A stretch of 64,000 nt of DNA from Betaproteobacteria bacterium. Its GTDB lineage: Bacteria > Pseudomonadota > Gammaproteobacteria > Burkholderiales > Ga0077523. A model generated the notes under the pieces. It worked only from the letters and a program-made list of their open reading frames with translations, was not told the DNA's origin and searched no databases. How positions within the stretch are numbered: the first letter of the stretch is position 1; the number at the start of each line of letters is the position of its first letter. The DNA lies in the NCBI GenBank assembly GCA_025350245.1, contig JANXYG010000154.1, positions 1,593-65,592 on the forward strand. The letters run 5' to 3'. Positions 29,982-40,516 of this stretch are shown one piece after another. The position numbers were made by a program, and so were the translations under genes.

Positions 29982-30773
29982 CTAGTTGCGGTAATTGACT
30001 CCCTGCCGCTCGAGCATCCGCAACAGCGCGGTCCACGACTTCACCACCTCGGCCCCGCCGGGACCCCCGAACTGCTCGAAGCCCTTCATCGCCACCGCTT
30101 GCGGGATCTCGCGGGCTTCCACGCGGCCGCTCGAGAGGGCATCGATCTGGATCTGGCACGCGGTGTCGAGGTAGTACATCAGCTCGAATGCCTCGCCGAC
30201 GGTGCGGCCAAGCGTGAGCAGGCCGTGGTTGCGCAGGATCATCGCCTTCGAGGTGGGGCCGAGGTTGGCTGCGAGCCGCGGACGCTCGTCCAGCTCCAGC
30301 GCGATGCCTTCGTAGTCGTGATAGGTCAGCATGCCGTAGACCCGCAGCGAGTGCTGCGTGAGTGGCAGCAGTCCGCACTCCTGGGCCGAGACGGCTGAGC
30401 CGGCCCGCGTGTGGGTGTGGATCACGCAGTTGATCTCCGGCCGCGCCTCGTGGACGCAGCCGTGGATCACGAAGCCCGCATAGTTGATACCCAATCCGGT
30501 GGTGTCGTCGATGACATCGCCGTCCTCGTCGATCTTCACCAGGCTCGACGCCGTGATCTCGTCGAACATCAGCCCGTACGGATTGATCAGCATGTGGTGC
30601 GTGCCGGGGATGCGCGCGGTGAAGTGAGTGAAGATGAGATCGGTCCAGCGGAATTTCGCGGCTAGCTGGTAGGCAGCGGCGAGCTCGCAGCGCATTTCCC
30701 ATTCTTCGCTGCTCACGCGTTCGCGCACTGACTGGCTCGGAACTGCCTTGAGTACGCTGGTTTTCTCGGACAT
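29982..30773 (-). CDS. Class II aldolase/adducin family protein
   Basis: TDLIFTH, INPYGLMFDEITASSL, GFVIH, HTHT, LRNHG. Confidence 0.9.
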   Translation of the reverse strand: MSEKTSVLKAVPSQSVRERVSSEEWEMRCELAAAYQLAAKFRWTDLIFTHFTARIPGTHHMLINPYGLMFDEITASSLVKIDEDGDVIDDTTGLGINYAGFVIHGCVHEARPEINCVIHTHTRAGSAVSAQECGLLPLTQHSLRVYGMLTYHDYEGIALELDERPRLAANLGPTSKAMILRNHGLLTLGRTVGEAFELMYYLDTACQIQIDALSSGRVEAREIPQAVAMKGFEQFGGPGGAEVVKSWTALLRMLERQGVNYRN

Positions 30774-30975
30774 GGCTGGATCCTGATGGTCGGCTGTATC
30801 GGCGAAATCATACGCCGGTCCGCTCGGACCGCCCTGCCCGACGCGAGCCTTGCGCATGGCCACGTAGTTGTTGGCGCGCTACCATCGCGAACGATGTCCG
30901 ATGGCGACTGGGATCCGATCGGCGTCGCTGCATTGGCGGTCATGTCACGCCCGATCTTCCCGAACCGAGGTAACG

Positions 30976-32514
30976 ATGCGTACGCTCACGTTTTGGGGTG
31001 TGATGTTCTTCGCCGTCCCCACGGCATGCTGGTCTGCCGACCCCACTGCCGACGATTGGTACGCCGCAGGCGCTGCCACCGTCGCCCGGGCCCAGGCGCG
31101 GCAGCCGGTGCCGGGTCTGGCAAAGAACGTGATCCTGTTCGTGGGCGACGGCATGGGCGTCACCACCGTGACGGCCGCGCGAATTCTCGATGGTCAGCGC
31201 AAGGGTGGTTCGGGCGAAGACAATGCGCTCGCCTTCGAGCGCTTCGACAACGTGGGGCTTTCCAAGACCTACAGCGCCAACCAGCAGACTCCTGACTCTG
31301 CGCCCACCATGACGGCGATGGTGACGGGCGTGAAGACATCGGACGGCGTGCTATCGGTCGCGCCGCAGGTTGCGAGGCGAGAGGCGCGCCGAGAAGCGGT
31401 GCAAAGCGGCGCGCTGAAGACGATTCTCGAACATGCCGAGGATCGCGGCCTGTCCACCGGCGTGGTGACGTCCACTCGTGTCACCCACGCAACGCCCGCA
31501 GCGTGCTACGCACATATCGCCGAGCGTGATTGGGAAGGCGACGCCGACCTACCGGCAGGCACCGATGTACCCGATATCGCGCGCCAACTGCTCGACTTCG
31601 CGCATGGCGACGGCATCGAGGTGGTTCTCGGTGGTGGACGCTCGAAGTTCCTCACCGAGAGCGAATCAGACCCCGAGTATGCCGATCGCAAGGGGACCCG
31701 CCGCGACGGTCGCAGCCTGTGGCGCGAGTGGGAGATCCGACACAAGGCCGCCGCGGTCGTCTGGAACCGGAGCGGGTTCGAGGCTGTCGACCCGGCCACG
31801 ACTGAGCACCTGCTGGGCCTGTTCGAACCCTCGCACATGAAGTTCGAAGCCGATCGCGCCGGCGATCCCGGCGGCGAACCGTCGCTGTCGGAGATGACGG
31901 CGAAAGCGATCGCGATCCTGGCGCGCAACCCGCGAGGCTACTTTCTCATGGTCGAGGGAGGGCGTATCGATCATGCGCACCACGCGGGCAACGCGTACCG
32001 TGCGCTGACCGACACCATCGCGTTTTCCGAAGCGGTCGCCCGCGCCGTCGAACTGACCCGCGAGGAGGACACGCTGATCATCGTCACCGCCGACCACAGC
32101 CACGTGTTCACCATGGCCGGCTACCCGAAACGCGGCAATCCCATTCTCGGCAAGGTGGTCGAGCCAGGCAAGAAGGAGTTCGCGAAGGACGCGTTGGGCC
32201 TGCCGTACACGACCCTCGGCTATGCCAACGGACCGGGCTACACCGGGCCTTCGCCGGATCAGCCCGCGGGCAGCAAGCGCTTCGAGCACGCATCGCGCAA
32301 GGTGGAACCGGCAACAGGTCGTCCGGATTTGTCCGCCACGGATACCGGTGCCCCCGATTACCTCCAGGAGTCCACAGTGCCGCTGGCGGCCGAGACTCAC
32401 GGTGGCGAGGACGTTGCAATTTATGCGCGCGGGCCCGGTGCGCATTGGGTGCATGGCGTCATGGAGCAGAACGCCATCTTCCATGTCATGCGCGAGGCGT
32501 TCGGCTGGCGATAG
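30976..32514 (+). CDS. Alkaline phosphatase (secreted)
   Basis: Signal peptide, NVILFVGDGMG, PDSA, THATPA, EGGRIDHAHH, TADHSH, THGGEDV. Confidence 0.92.
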   Translation: MRTLTFWGVMFFAVPTACWSADPTADDWYAAGAATVARAQARQPVPGLAKNVILFVGDGMGVTTVTAARILDGQRKGGSGEDNALAFERFDNVGLSKTYSANQQTPDSAPTMTAMVTGVKTSDGVLSVAPQVARREARREAVQSGALKTILEHAEDRGLSTGVVTSTRVTHATPAACYAHIAERDWEGDADLPAGTDVPDIARQLLDFAHGDGIEVVLGGGRSKFLTESESDPEYADRKGTRRDGRSLWREWEIRHKAAAVVWNRSGFEAVDPATTEHLLGLFEPSHMKFEADRAGDPGGEPSLSEMTAKAIAILARNPRGYFLMVEGGRIDHAHHAGNAYRALTDTIAFSEAVARAVELTREEDTLIIVTADHSHVFTMAGYPKRGNPILGKVVEPGKKEFAKDALGLPYTTLGYANGPGYTGPSPDQPAGSKRFEHASRKVEPATGRPDLSATDTGAPDYLQESTVPLAAETHGGEDVAIYARGPGAHWVHGVMEQNAIFHVMREAFGWR

Positions 32515-32516
32515 CC

Positions 32517-32586
32517 GGCGCCCACAGGGTTTCCCGAGGACGCCGGCCCCCTGGGGGAAGGCGTAGCGCAGCGCAGACCGGGGGTG
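32517..32586 (-). repeat. Dispersed hairpin repeat, copy 2a
   Basis: Reverse complement reads CACCCCCGGTCTGCGCTGCGCTACGCCTTCCCCCAGGGGGCCGGCGTCCTCGGGAAACCCTGTGGGCGCC. Confidence 0.85.
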
Positions 32587-32605
32587 GCCGAAGGGATACT
32601 CGACA

Positions 32606-32689
32606 GGCAGCGCCCACAGGGTCCCCCGAGGACGCTGCGCCCCCTCAAGGGGGAAGGCGCAGCGCAGCGAAGCCTGGGGGTGAGCGTCA
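32606..32689 (-). repeat. Dispersed hairpin repeat, copy 2b (tandem with 2a)
   Basis: Reverse complement reads TGACGCTCACCCCCAGGCTTCGCTGCGCTGCGCCTTCCCCCTTGAGGGGGCGCAGCGTCCTCGGGGGACCCTGTGGGCGCTGCC. Confidence 0.88.
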
Positions 32690-32695
32690 ATAGAC

Positions 32696-32734
32696 AAAAA
32701 AACGGGCAGCCAAGGGGGAGGAGTCTGGCTGCCC
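32696..32734 (-). terminator. Intrinsic terminator of sRNA candidate
   Basis: Minus strand GGGCAGCCA-GACTCCTCCCCCT-TGGCTGCCC-GTTTTTTT. Confidence 0.8.
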
Positions 32735-32799
32735 ATGAGTCCACAATGAAGGGGAGGAGACCTACCTGCAGTAACCCGACGCCGAACGTCGCGTCACGA
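32696..32799 (-). ncRNA. Candidate ~100-nt small RNA with two CUCCUCCCC anti-SD motifs
   Basis: Bounded by a sigma54 motif (32810-32825) and a Rho-independent terminator; 5' GACGC...GCGTC hairpin; no credible ORF. Confidence 0.65.
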
Positions 32800-32809
32800 A
32801 AATCTCTAA

Positions 32810-32825
32810 TGCATCAGCCGTGCCA
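32810..32825 (-). promoter_or_regulatory. sigma54 (-24/-12) promoter, divergent from sucC
   Basis: Minus strand TGGCAC-GGCTG-ATGCA; IHF-like TTTCAATGAGTTA at 32856-32868 just upstream. Confidence 0.7.
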
Positions 32826-33072
32826 TCTTTTGGGGTTGCCGCAGGGTTCCATCATTTTCAATGAGTTAATGAATTTCTTATGCTGTGTCGATGTTCAATC
32901 GGCGATATGAAACAGCCGTTTGTTGTTACCCAACTGACGTAACGCGCCGCGAAGCAGGGGTCCCTGCAAGTCACCTTTCGAATGTCGGCGTACGGTCTTC
33001 TGCGCGAGGTCGAGGAAGGGTCCTGCGATATACTCCGCCGCTTCCGAGCCCTTGCGCCGGCGCGCCCCCGAC

Positions 33073-34242
<1,170 letters not shown>

Positions 34243-34299
34243 CCTCGATCCCAGGCACCTCCGGATCCACTCTCCGCTGTTCGACGCCCCCCAGACACC

Positions 34300-35181
34300 A
34301 TGTCCATTCTCATCGACCGCAACTCCCGTGTCGTCACGCAAGGCATCACCGGCAAGACCGGGCAGTTCCACACCCGCATGTGCCGTGACTATGCCAATGG
34401 CCGTGAGTGCTTCGTTGCCGGCGTCAATCCGAAGAAGGCCGGCGAAGACTTCGACGGCATCCCCATCTTTGCCAACGTCGCGGATGCGAAGAAGAGTACC
34501 GGCGCGAATGTATCGGTGGTCTACGTGCCGCCGCCCGGAGCCGCCGCCGCGATCTGGGAGGCGGTCGAAGCCGACCTCGATCTCGTGATCTGCATCACCG
34601 AAGGCATTCCGGTGCGCGACATGGTCGACGTACGCGATCGCATGCGTCGGGAGAATCGGCGCACTCTGCTGCTCGGACCGAACTGTCCCGGCACCATCAC
34701 CCCCGACGAGATCAAGATCGGCATCATGCCGGGGCATATCCACCGCCGTGGCCGCATCGGGGTGATCTCCCGCTCCGGCACCCTCACCTACGAAGCGGTG
34801 GCGCAGCTCACCGAGTTGGGGCTCGGGCAATCGAGTGCTGTCGGCATCGGCGGTGATCCGGTGAACGGGCTCAAGCACATCGATGTGCTTAAGTTGTTCA
34901 ACGACGATCCCGACACCGATGCGGTGGTGATGATCGGTGAAATCGGCGGTACCGACGAAGAGACCGCGGCCGTCTGGGTCCGGGACAACATGAAGAAGCC
35001 CGTGGTCGGTTTCATCGCCGGGGTCACTGCCCCGCCCGGTAAGCGCATGGGCCACGCGGGCGCGATCATTTCCGGCGGCAAGGGCACGGCCCAGGAGAAG
35101 CTCGAGGTCATGGCCGCGAGCGGTATCCGGGTCACCCGGAACCCGGCCGAAATGGGCAAGCTGCTGAAAAGTGTGTTGTAA
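34300..35181 (+). CDS. sucD: Succinyl-CoA synthetase alpha subunit
   Basis: [28 protein letters not shown]. Confidence 0.97.
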   Translation: MSILIDRNSRVVTQGITGKTGQFHTRMCRDYANGRECFVAGVNPKKAGEDFDGIPIFANVADAKKSTGANVSVVYVPPPGAAAAIWEAVEADLDLVICITEGIPVRDMVDVRDRMRRENRRTLLLGPNCPGTITPDEIKIGIMPGHIHRRGRIGVISRSGTLTYEAVAQLTELGLGQSSAVGIGGDPVNGLKHIDVLKLFNDDPDTDAVVMIGEIGGTDEETAAVWVRDNMKKPVVGFIAGVTAPPGKRMGHAGAIISGGKGTAQEKLEVMAASGIRVTRNPAEMGKLLKSVL

Positions 35182-35195
35182 ACCGTGGCGGAAAG

Positions 35196-35486
35196 TCAGC
35201 CCGGGATCGTGGGTCCCATGGCGGTTGCCTTCCACAGGCTCATTGCCCCCACGATGAAGAACAACACAGCCGACAGCAGACGCATCAGGCGCACCGGAAT
35301 CACTTTCGAGAGTCGATCGCCGATCCAGACGGCGGGTGCGTCGGTGATCATCATCCCGGCGGTCGTGCCGCAGGCCACCGCGACGAAGTCCTGATAGCGC
35401 GCCGCCAGCGCCATCGTGGCGAACTGGGTCTTGTCACCCATCTCCGCTGCCGCCACCAGCAGGCAAGACGCGAACGCTGCTGGCAT
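35196..35486 (-). CDS. Single-repeat TMEM165/GDT1 (UPF0016) family protein, half-size or internally deleted
   Basis: One EMGDKTQ motif, ALAARY, GTTAGMM; GGAGG RBS; 96 aa. Confidence 0.7.
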   Translation of the reverse strand: MPAAFASCLLVAAAEMGDKTQFATMALAARYQDFVAVACGTTAGMMITDAPAVWIGDRLSKVIPVRLMRLLSAVLFFIVGAMSLWKATAMGPTIPG

Positions 35487-35545
35487 CGACCTCCGCCGTT
35501 GCTATCGAGCTGGGCGACCAACGCCAGCCATGCGGATGTGCCTTC

Positions 35546-36856
35546 TCATGCTTCGGCCAGTTCGGGCTCTTCCCCCACAATCCGGGTTTCGCGGCGCTCG
35601 AGACGACTCACCAGAATCTGCATGAAACTGCGGTTGAACTGCGCCTGAAGCGCGTGTGATGCCTCCAGCAGGGTGCGAGCCTTGACTTCCATGGCGACGC
35701 AGGCGGTGTGGCAGGTGACGGTGGTGGTTCGAATCGATTGAACATCGTTGAAGTAAAGGATCTCGCCGAAGCAGTTGCCGGGCTTGAGGCGATCGAGCAC
35801 GCGGCCCGAGCGCGACACCGAGATCTTGCCCGTGGTCAGGATGAAGAAGCCGTCGCCGTTGTCGCCCTCCCGGAGAAACACTTCGCCCTGCGCCTTGCGA
35901 TGCCAATGGCTGGCTCGCAGCGTTTCCCAAAGCTCCATGTCGCGAAACTCGCGGAAGAACGACAGCGCCCGCACCGCACTGAACTTCTCGGTGTCGGTAA
36001 TCACTTCCTCGGGCAGGATCAGATGGCGGAAGGCGAAGGCGAGATCGCGCGTGAGATCGAGCCAGCTACCGTAGCGCTGCTCGGTTTTCTTCGCCAGCGC
36101 GCGCAGGACGATGCGGTCGAGTTCCTGCGGCAGGCCCTGGCGGTGCACCGATGGCGGCACCGCTTCGATGTTGAGAATCTGGTAGACCAGACTGCCGCGA
36201 TTGCTCGCCTGGAACGGCAGCTTGCCGGTCAGCATCTGGTACAGCACCACGCCCATCGAGTAGATGTCGGTCTGGTGCGTGAGCTGTTTTTCCAGCACCT
36301 GCTCCGGTGACATGTAGGCCGGCGAGCCGATCCCGGTGAGGTAAGTGTGGTCCGCGGCGAAATAGAACGCCGCGCCGAAGTCGGTCACCTTGATGTCGCT
36401 CTCGCCGGTGATCAGGATGTTGGCGGGCTTGATGTCGCAGTGGATAACCCCGCGGCGGTGCGCGTAGTCGAGCGCGAGGCCGGCCTTGAACACGATTTCG
36501 ACCACCCGCTCCATGGCCATCAGCTTGTCGGGCTTGCAGTACTCCTCGAGCGTCGTGCCATTCACGTACTCCATCACTAGGTAGTTCTCGTCTTCCGATG
36601 TCACGGCGTCGTAGATGGCGATGATGTGCGGATGCGCGAGCTTGCCGGCGAGCGATGCCTCGTTCAGGAACAGCCGCTTGAACCGGCGCTTGAGCGACGT
36701 GTCGGTGACGGCTTCATCCCGGATCACCTTGATGGCGACGCGGCGGCCGAGGAACGGATCTTCGCCCAGGTACACGCGGCTGGTCGCACCGCGCCCGAGC
36801 ACACCGAGCACCTGGTACTTGCCGATCTGGGTGGGAATGTGTTCGTTGCTTGCCAC
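35546..36856 (-). CDS. Ser/Thr protein kinase with C-terminal cNMP-binding domain (paralog 2)
   Basis: LGRGATSRVY, HCDIKPAN, DFG, GSPAYMSPE; FLREGD, FGEILY...RTTTV. Confidence 0.92.
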   Translation of the reverse strand: MASNEHIPTQIGKYQVLGVLGRGATSRVYLGEDPFLGRRVAIKVIRDEAVTDTSLKRRFKRLFLNEASLAGKLAHPHIIAIYDAVTSEDENYLVMEYVNGTTLEEYCKPDKLMAMERVVEIVFKAGLALDYAHRRGVIHCDIKPANILITGESDIKVTDFGAAFYFAADHTYLTGIGSPAYMSPEQVLEKQLTHQTDIYSMGVVLYQMLTGKLPFQASNRGSLVYQILNIEAVPPSVHRQGLPQELDRIVLRALAKKTEQRYGSWLDLTRDLAFAFRHLILPEEVITDTEKFSAVRALSFFREFRDMELWETLRASHWHRKAQGEVFLREGDNGDGFFILTTGKISVSRSGRVLDRLKPGNCFGEILYFNDVQSIRTTTVTCHTACVAMEVKARTLLEASHALQAQFNRSFMQILVSRLERRETRIVGEEPELAEA

Positions 36857-36874
36857 GGGGGTCGCGGATTCGCC

Positions 36875-37498
36875 TCAGTTAAGGAATGGAACCGCCATCC
36901 CGCGTTGCACTGCGGGACGCGCGCCGATCGTTTCGAACCAGCGCTTCACGGCGGGGAAATCCTCCAACGCAACCTTGTGCCATTCATGCCGCGCGACCCA
37001 CGGATAAGTCGCCACGTCGGCTACCGAGTATTCATCGGCAAGGAAGTCGTGTTTCTTTAAGTGGCCATCCATCACCGCGTAGAGACGGCGGGTTTCGCGG
37101 CTGTAGCGCTCGATGCCATAGGGGACCGGTTCCGGGGCGGCGCGCAGGAAATGATGGGTCTGGCCGAACATGGGCCCGACCCCGCCCATCTGGAACATGA
37201 GCCATTGCAGCGTCTCGAACTGCTCCCGCTCATCGTGCGGGAGCAGGCGTCCGGCCTTCTTCGCGAGATAGAGCAGGATCGCTCCCGACTCGAACAGGTT
37301 GAAGGGCCGGCCATCCGGTCCGTCGCTATCGACAATCGCCGGAATCCGGCCGTTGGGATTGATGGCCACGAAACCGGCGCTGTGCTGGTCGCCCTTGCCG
37401 ATATCGATCGCATGAGTGCGATACGGCAGTTCACACTCTTCCAGCATGATCGACACCTTGCGGCCGTTCGGCGTACCCCAGGTGTAGAGGTCGATCAT
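36875..37498 (-). CDS. Glutathione S-transferase (YfcG-like)
   Basis: MIDLYTWGTPNG, NPNGRIPAI, FESGAILLYLA, WLMFQMGGVGPMFGQ. Confidence 0.92.
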   Translation of the reverse strand: MIDLYTWGTPNGRKVSIMLEECELPYRTHAIDIGKGDQHSAGFVAINPNGRIPAIVDSDGPDGRPFNLFESGAILLYLAKKAGRLLPHDEREQFETLQWLMFQMGGVGPMFGQTHHFLRAAPEPVPYGIERYSRETRRLYAVMDGHLKKHDFLADEYSVADVATYPWVARHEWHKVALEDFPAVKRWFETIGARPAVQRGMAVPFLN

Positions 37499-37500
37499 GG

Positions 37501-37965
37501 CTACTTCTTGCCGTGGTGGTGCGGTTTCATGAAGCCGTGAATCTCGTCGATGGTGACGGTGCCGTCCTTGTCGGCGTCGATGTCGGCGAAGTGCTTGGCG
37601 ACATGCGGCATCGTCTTGGCTTCGGCCGGGTCGAGCGTTCCGTCACCGTCCTTGTCGGCCGCCTTGAATCTGGCCTCGCCCTTCGCGTGCAGTTCGCTGG
37701 TCTTGGCCTTGGAGAAGGCCTGAATCTCCGCCATCGAGATGGTGCCGTCCTGGTCGGTGTCGATGGCGTCGAAGTGCTTGTCGATGAATGGCGTTGCCTT
37801 GGCCTCGGCGCGGTCGAGCGTACCGTCGTTGTCGGTATCGTGTTTCTTGAACATCGCCATGGCCTTGCCCGGATCGCGGGCAGCCTTGTCGGCGGCGCCT
37901 GCCAGCGGGGAGAAAGCGATCGCGGTTGCGGCGAACGACAGGACGATGACGGAGAGTTTCTGCAT
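37501..37965 (-). CDS. Secreted EF-hand calcium-binding protein
   Basis: Signal peptide; four DxDxDG loops (DTDNDG, DTDQDG, DKDGDG, DADKDG). Confidence 0.85.
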   Translation of the reverse strand: MQKLSVIVLSFAATAIAFSPLAGAADKAARDPGKAMAMFKKHDTDNDGTLDRAEAKATPFIDKHFDAIDTDQDGTISMAEIQAFSKAKTSELHAKGEARFKAADKDGDGTLDPAEAKTMPHVAKHFADIDADKDGTVTIDEIHGFMKPHHHGKK

Positions 37966-38018
37966 GTCGGATGCTCCAATGTAAGGTAAAGAGAGGTGCC
38001 GTTTCGGGCAGATGGATT

Positions 38019-39137
38019 CTACGGTTCCGCCGGACCTGAACGCAGGTACCGGGCGACCGCGTTGACCCGGAATGCGCGCAAGCGTTCCGGGATCGGTCGC
38101 GAGTCGGTGCGATCGGTCGCGATCGCCGCGGCATCGATGCCAGTCGCGGCGTCGAGTGCCGCGAGCAGCCGGACTGCCGGCGGCCAGGTCTCCAGCGCGA
38201 TTCCGGCATGGAGCGCCGCCGCGTTCAGCAGATCGTGGAATCGCGGCGGTCGGCGCAACGCATCGGCCCATTGCAGCAGATCGACCAACCCCTCGGCATC
38301 GCGGTCGACCGCATACCGTACCCGGTCGATGCCGGTCAGGCAAAGCAGCGCCAGTTCCCGGCAATCGGTGGGGACCCGCAATCGGTCGCACAGCAATGCC
38401 AGCGACGAGGCGTCGGGCGTGCCGTGGACCGCGAGCGCGAACCGCACCGCAAGTGGCGCCTGCGCCGTCGCCGCGCGGTCGACGATTGCCAGCGTCGGCG
38501 TGCTCAATCCGCTGCCCAGCTCCGGTGCCACGCGCGCCAGGGCGCCGGTGTCCTGCAGAACCGCGAACATGGCGGACGGGCACGTTTCCATCAGGCCGCG
38601 CGCGAGTTCCTGCCAGACGCGCTCGGCGACGAGATGATCGGCTTCGCCGTCGGCCACCATGTGTCGCATCAGGTCATGCGTCGCGGGAGCGATCGAGAAT
38701 CCGAAACGCGCGGCGAAACGAGCCACCCGAAGAATGCGGACCGGGTCCTCCGCGAACGCCGGGCTGACATGCCGCAGTACGCCGGCGGCGATGTCGGCAG
38801 TGCCGCCGAACGGGTCGACCAGCCGCCCATCACTGCCACGGGCGATGGCGTTGATGGTCAGGTCGCGACGGGTGAGATCCTCCTCCAGCGTGACGTCGGG
38901 GGACGCGAACACGGTGAACCCGCGATAGCCGCGGCCGCTCTTGCGCTCGGTGCGGGCGAGCGCATATTCCTCGTGCGTTTCGGGATGCAGGAACACCGGA
39001 AAGTCCTTGCCCACCGGACGGTAACCGAGTTCCACCATCTGCTCGGGTGTCGCACCGACCACAACCCAGTCCCGATCCTTCACCGGCAGGCCGAGCAGTT
39101 CATCCCGCACTGCGCCGCCGACGCAATAGATGTTCAA
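38019..39137 (-). CDS. cca: CCA tRNA nucleotidyltransferase (short form without HD domain)
   Basis: VGGAVRD, DRDWVV, EYALARTERK, RRDLTINA, EDPVRILRVARF; TTG start. Confidence 0.92.
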   Translation of the reverse strand: MNIYCVGGAVRDELLGLPVKDRDWVVVGATPEQMVELGYRPVGKDFPVFLHPETHEEYALARTERKSGRGYRGFTVFASPDVTLEEDLTRRDLTINAIARGSDGRLVDPFGGTADIAAGVLRHVSPAFAEDPVRILRVARFAARFGFSIAPATHDLMRHMVADGEADHLVAERVWQELARGLMETCPSAMFAVLQDTGALARVAPELGSGLSTPTLAIVDRAATAQAPLAVRFALAVHGTPDASSLALLCDRLRVPTDCRELALLCLTGIDRVRYAVDRDAEGLVDLLQWADALRRPPRFHDLLNAAALHAGIALETWPPAVRLLAALDAATGIDAAAIATDRTDSRPIPERLRAFRVNAVARYLRSGPAEP

Positions 39138-39483
39138 GTGATGTTCTGAATAAGCGTCGGCGGCGCGTGTGGTTCGACGGCAGCAACCACCGCCGGCTCG
39201 ATCCGGGCATCCGCGAGCCAGCGCTGGATGGCGGGCAGGCCGATCATGTGATCGCAACAGGCCTGGCACGCGGTGTCGAGCTCGACGCCGTAGGTGCGGA
39301 AGCGCAATGCCACCGGCGCGAACATCGCGTCGGCGATGCTGAACTCGCCGAACCGGAACCCGCCTCCCGAAGTGCGATGCGGACCTCGCTGAACGGGATG
39401 CCGGCGTGAGTCATGAGGCGCCATGGTCGCAGCGACCACGACGAGTAGTTCTTGTTGCCGATGACCAGCGTGTAGCCGGACCT
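39134..39483 (-). pseudogene. Glutathione S-transferase pseudogene
   Basis: YTLVIGNKNYSSWSLRPW N-terminus in one frame (AGG at the expected ATG), joined out of frame to C-terminal FGEFSIADAMFAPV..RFRTY; the middle is missing. Confidence 0.8.
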
Positions 39484-39507
39484 GCGTGATGCATCCGGGA
39501 TGCGCGC

Positions 39508-40470
39508 TCATCGTCCGGCGCGGAAACGAAAGCCGCGATAGCGTGCGCGTGGCGTGCGCGCAGCGAGGTATTCGGGCGCGACGGCTTCGAGCGGCGTCGG
39601 CGGGAAGCCGAATACCGCCGGCAACGGCGCACCCGGCGTGCTCGCGATGTTCGGCACACGCATCGACAATACGTTGTCGCGAGACATGACGTGTCCGGGC
39701 AGATGTTCCAGCAGCACCGCCTGCAGCATCGCCATGCTCTCGGGCAGCGGTACGATCAACCGCCGACGCCCGAGCAGGGCGCATACGTAGGCGACCAATT
39801 CCTGAAGCGTATAGACCGTCGGTCCGCACAACTCGTAGCACTGGTCATTCGTTTCCGGCAGGTCGAGACAGGCGACCACCACCTTGGCGACATCTTCCAC
39901 GAACACCGGCTGGAAACGTGCCCGCGCGCCGCCCAGTGGCAGTATCGGAAACAGGCGCACGAGATCGGCGAACAGGTTGAGGAAGCCGTCGCCACGACCG
40001 AAGATGACCGACGGGCGCAGGGTCGTGGTGCGGATGTTCATGTTGTCGCCGGCGCGGATCTCGGCTTCACCCAGCGCCTTGCTGCGCAGATAGGCACTCG
40101 GGGCATCCGCGGCGGCGCCGAGGGCGCTCACGTGAACGATTCGGTGCACCCCGGCTTCGGCGCACGCCGCGACGATCTGCGCCGGCAGCTCGACATGATC
40201 GCGCCGGAAGCCGTCGCCGCGCCGGTCGTGCAGCACCCCGACCAGGCTCACGACCGCATCCATCCCCACCATCAGTCCACGCAGCGTTGCCGGGTCGTGA
40301 ACGTCGGCGCGCACCACCTCGGCGGTGGGCAGGAGGATGAGCTCGTCCTTGACCCGTTCGCGGTTTCTGGTCGGCACGCGGATCGCGGCACCTGCGGCGG
40401 CAAGTCGCGCGACGATATGACTGCCGAGGAAACCGGAGCCGCCGATGATGAGGATGTTGGAAGGTTTCAT
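39508..40470 (-). CDS. Complex I NDUFA9-like NAD-dependent epimerase/dehydratase
   Basis: GGSGFLG, HVSALGA, YLRSK, RPSVIFG, FQPVFVEDV. Confidence 0.88.
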   Translation of the reverse strand: MKPSNILIIGGSGFLGSHIVARLAAAGAAIRVPTRNRERVKDELILLPTAEVVRADVHDPATLRGLMVGMDAVVSLVGVLHDRRGDGFRRDHVELPAQIVAACAEAGVHRIVHVSALGAAADAPSAYLRSKALGEAEIRAGDNMNIRTTTLRPSVIFGRGDGFLNLFADLVRLFPILPLGGARARFQPVFVEDVAKVVVACLDLPETNDQCYELCGPTVYTLQELVAYVCALLGRRRLIVPLPESMAMLQAVLLEHLPGHVMSRDNVLSMRVPNIASTPGAPLPAVFGFPPTPLEAVAPEYLAARTPRARYRGFRFRAGR

Positions 40471-40516
40471 GAATCGGGTCGATTGTGCTCAGGTCGCGAA
40501 ACGGATGGCGAGCAGA

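Noticed and set aside
32517-32689. Tandem repeat pair as a possible CRISPR array
   Set aside because: Units are ~70-85 bp, only two in tandem, dispersed elsewhere, with no spacer pattern and no cas genes
29339-32700. Genomic island integrated at tRNA-Thr
   Set aside because: No integrase, no duplicated tRNA 3' end seen, and downstream genes have host-like composition
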